A stretch of DNA of 64,000 bases, from contig OZ244561.1 of NCBI GenBank assembly GCA_965217585.1, positions 3,328,001-3,392,000 of the forward strand, read 5' to 3'. Below, one piece after another: positions 61,976 to 64,000 of this stretch. The DNA is from Candidatus Latescibacterota bacterium (GTDB lineage: Bacteria; Latescibacterota; UBA2968; UBA8231). The notes under the pieces were generated by a model. It saw only the letters and a program-made list of their open reading frames with translations. It was not told the origin of the DNA and ran no database searches. Both the position numbers and the translations under genes were made by a program. Each line of letters begins with the position of its first letter. Position 1 is the first letter of the stretch.

Positions 61976-63148
61976 TCACCCATTCCGCCCCAAGCGCACG
62001 TCCTCTGCCGCCAGCCACTCGGCGTATGGGCGCGGCATGGGATCGGGTGGGGGCAGGCCGTTTTCGCGCCGCCAGCGCAGGAGGGGATGGGCGCGGTCTT
62101 GCTGGGGTAAGTCCACCCGTTTGCCGTACGCGGCGGACTCGAAGATGCCCATCATGATTTCCACGATGTGATGGCCGACTGGGCCGCTGCATTCGTGCTC
62201 GCGGCCCGCGTCGAGTGCTGCGACGTACTCCTCTACATAGGCGTAGTCGTCTGGGTGGGCGGAACTCTGTGGATCGTAGCCTGTGCAGTAGATGGGTGGG
62301 AGCACTTCATAGGGTTCTTTTTGGTCGTTGAGGGCATAGTGGGGCTGCGACAGTAGGAACGCGCCGAGGTCCCTTTTCCAGACGAGCTGCGAGAGTACTA
62401 AGCGACCTTCGCTGCCGCAGAATTCTATCACCGGATTGACCGGGGTGGGGAAGCGGTGTTGCAGGAGGGTTGCGGTGACGCCGTCGGCAAAACTGAGCGT
62501 CGCGGTGATGTGTTCGCCAGCGATGGTGCCCATGCCTTGCGGAGAGGGCACCACATCCGTCAGGCTGATGGGGCGGCCATCGGTGGTGGCGGTGGCCACA
62601 ACGCTGTGGCACGGGCCGGCGACCTTGAGCACGTTGTTGATTATGTGCGTGCCGATATTCATTAGGTTGTAGCCGCCGTAGTAGTTCTTGCCGTGGGCGT
62701 GGATGTGGCGCAACTGGCCGATGCGCCCCTCGGCGAGGGCTTTGGCCACGGCTTTCATATAGACGCCGACGCGCCCTTGATGATGCACTGCGATGCGCGC
62801 GTTTTTTTCACGGGCCTTGGCTAGCACCTCGTCGGCCTGCTGGCAATCGACGCACAGCGGTTTTTCAATGTCGATGTGGACGCCGTATTCGAGTGTGCGC
62901 AGCGCTAGCGCGTGGTGGAATTCCGTGCCGGTGGGAATGGCGACGATATCGGGTTGGTGCTGTCCGATCATCGCGTCTAGATCCGTGTAGCGGGCCGCGA
63001 CCCCGAGTTCTTCGCCTAGGGTGTCGAGCCGATCTTGCACGAGGTCGCAGAGGGCGACGATTTCCGTGCGGGGGTGGGCGTGGTACGCGCGTGCTGCGGC
63101 CGTGCCGCGGCCCCGGCAACCTAATATGGCCACGCGATAGCTTTTCAT
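61976..63148 (-). CDS. Gfo/Idh/MocA oxidoreductase
   Basis: AILGCRGRG, IEKPL, NIGTH; RBS AGGAGG. Confidence 0.88.
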   Translation of the reverse strand: MKSYRVAILGCRGRGTAAARAYHAHPRTEIVALCDLVQDRLDTLGEELGVAARYTDLDAMIGQHQPDIVAIPTGTEFHHALALRTLEYGVHIDIEKPLCVDCQQADEVLAKAREKNARIAVHHQGRVGVYMKAVAKALAEGRIGQLRHIHAHGKNYYGGYNLMNIGTHIINNVLKVAGPCHSVVATATTDGRPISLTDVVPSPQGMGTIAGEHITATLSFADGVTATLLQHRFPTPVNPVIEFCGSEGRLVLSQLVWKRDLGAFLLSQPHYALNDQKEPYEVLPPIYCTGYDPQSSAHPDDYAYVEEYVAALDAGREHECSGPVGHHIVEIMMGIFESAAYGKRVDLPQQDRAHPLLRWRRENGLPPPDPMPRPYAEWLAAEDVRLGRNG

Positions 63149-63258
63149 ATCATCCTCCTAGTGGGCTGAGTATTGGAAGCCGAGAAAGCGACGCCTATAT
63201 TGAGCGTGGTCCGCCTCGGCGCGAAACGGTGCTGAGGTATTATACTAAGGAGGAAAAC

Positions 63259-64000
63259 ATGGGACAATTCCACGGGGTAGTGCCGGCGATTATCAGTCCG
63301 AAAAACGAGGATGGCACTCTAAACGAAGAGGCCTTCCGCGCCACAATGGAGTTCAATATACAAGCTGGCGTACACGGCTTTTGGGTCGCCGGCGGCACCG
63401 GCGAGAGCGTCCTGCTCGACGACGAGGAGAACCAGCGCATCGCCGAAATCGCCGCCGATCAGAACGCGGGACGCACCCAAGTCATCATGCACGTGGGGGC
63501 CAATACTACGGCGCGGGCCGAAAAATTGGCGGCGCATGCAGCTCAAGCTGGAGTGGAAGCCGTCTGTGCGGTACCTCCCTTTTTCTACCAAGGCGACGAC
63601 GACGGTGTGGTAGAATACTATCGGGCCGTGGGGGCCGCGGCCGATCGGCCGCTGTTCATCTACAACTTGCCCGGTTGCACCGGCCTCGATGTCAGTCCGG
63701 CCCTGATGCAGCGCCTAGTCGAGGAAGTGCCCCAGACTGTCGGTTTGAAACACTCGTCGCCGGTATTCGCCAACCTGCTCGAATTCGTCGGCATGGGGCT
63801 AGACGCCTTTATCGGCAGCGGCAAGCTGATGTTGCCGGCCATGACTGTCGGGGCCGTTGGGTCGGTCGATGGTCCTTTGTGCGCGGCCCCGGAACTGTGG
63901 ATGGCCATTTGGAATGCCTATCAGGCAGGCGATCTGGCCGCTGCAAAACAGGCCCAGGAACGGGCCACTGCCTTTCACCGCACGGTGGCGCAATTCGGCT
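63259..64000 (+). CDS. Dihydrodipicolinate synthase/N-acetylneuraminate lyase family, runs off the window end
   Basis: Absent from the ORF track; manual translation MGQFHGVVPAIISP...GGTGES...PPFFY...IYNLP...GLKHS; RBS AAGGAGG. Confidence 0.88.
   Translation, partial: MGQFHGVVPAIISPKNEDGTLNEEAFRATMEFNIQAGVHGFWVAGGTGESVLLDDEENQRIAEIAADQNAGRTQVIMHVGANTTARAEKLAAHAAQAGVEAVCAVPPFFYQGDDDGVVEYYRAVGAAADRPLFIYNLPGCTGLDVSPALMQRLVEEVPQTVGLKHSSPVFANLLEFVGMGLDAFIGSGKLMLPAMTVGAVGSVDGPLCAAPELWMAIWNAYQAGDLAAAKQAQERATAFHRTVAQFG

Overview
GC-rich bacterial window. The FlgD-Ig/T9SS-like C-terminal domains, four PhyH-type dioxygenases, a sulfatase and a DUF6785-type membrane protein suggest a Latescibacterota/Gemmatimonadota-like, possibly sponge-associated lineage (inference only). 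The flanks (1-15.7 kb, 45.9-64 kb) are mainly catabolic genes. The centre (~15.75-45.88 kb) is a defence/accessory hotspot. It holds a RelE-like TA pair (duplicated), a disrupted GmrSD-like gene, a caspase-Ski2-helicase fusion, a Cre-like recombinase, Fic, an HD-CE/HSP90 ATPase, a stand-alone HEPN protein, a 2TM + DUF6615-like pair, and a DUF6932/HTH-ImmA/beta-protein/sce7726 cluster. The window also carries mrr, an inserted DNA methyltransferase, five IS elements and an 81-bp MITE. The most striking unannotated pattern is that acquired genes repeatedly sit between a resident gene's 3' end and a direct-repeat copy of that same 3' end. This occurs at four or more different anchor genes, twice around exactly one gene. 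A solitary 29-bp type I-E CRISPR-repeat-shaped sequence frameshifts one ISAs1 transposase. No rRNA, tRNA or CRISPR array was recognised. Family names come from motif recognition, not database searches.
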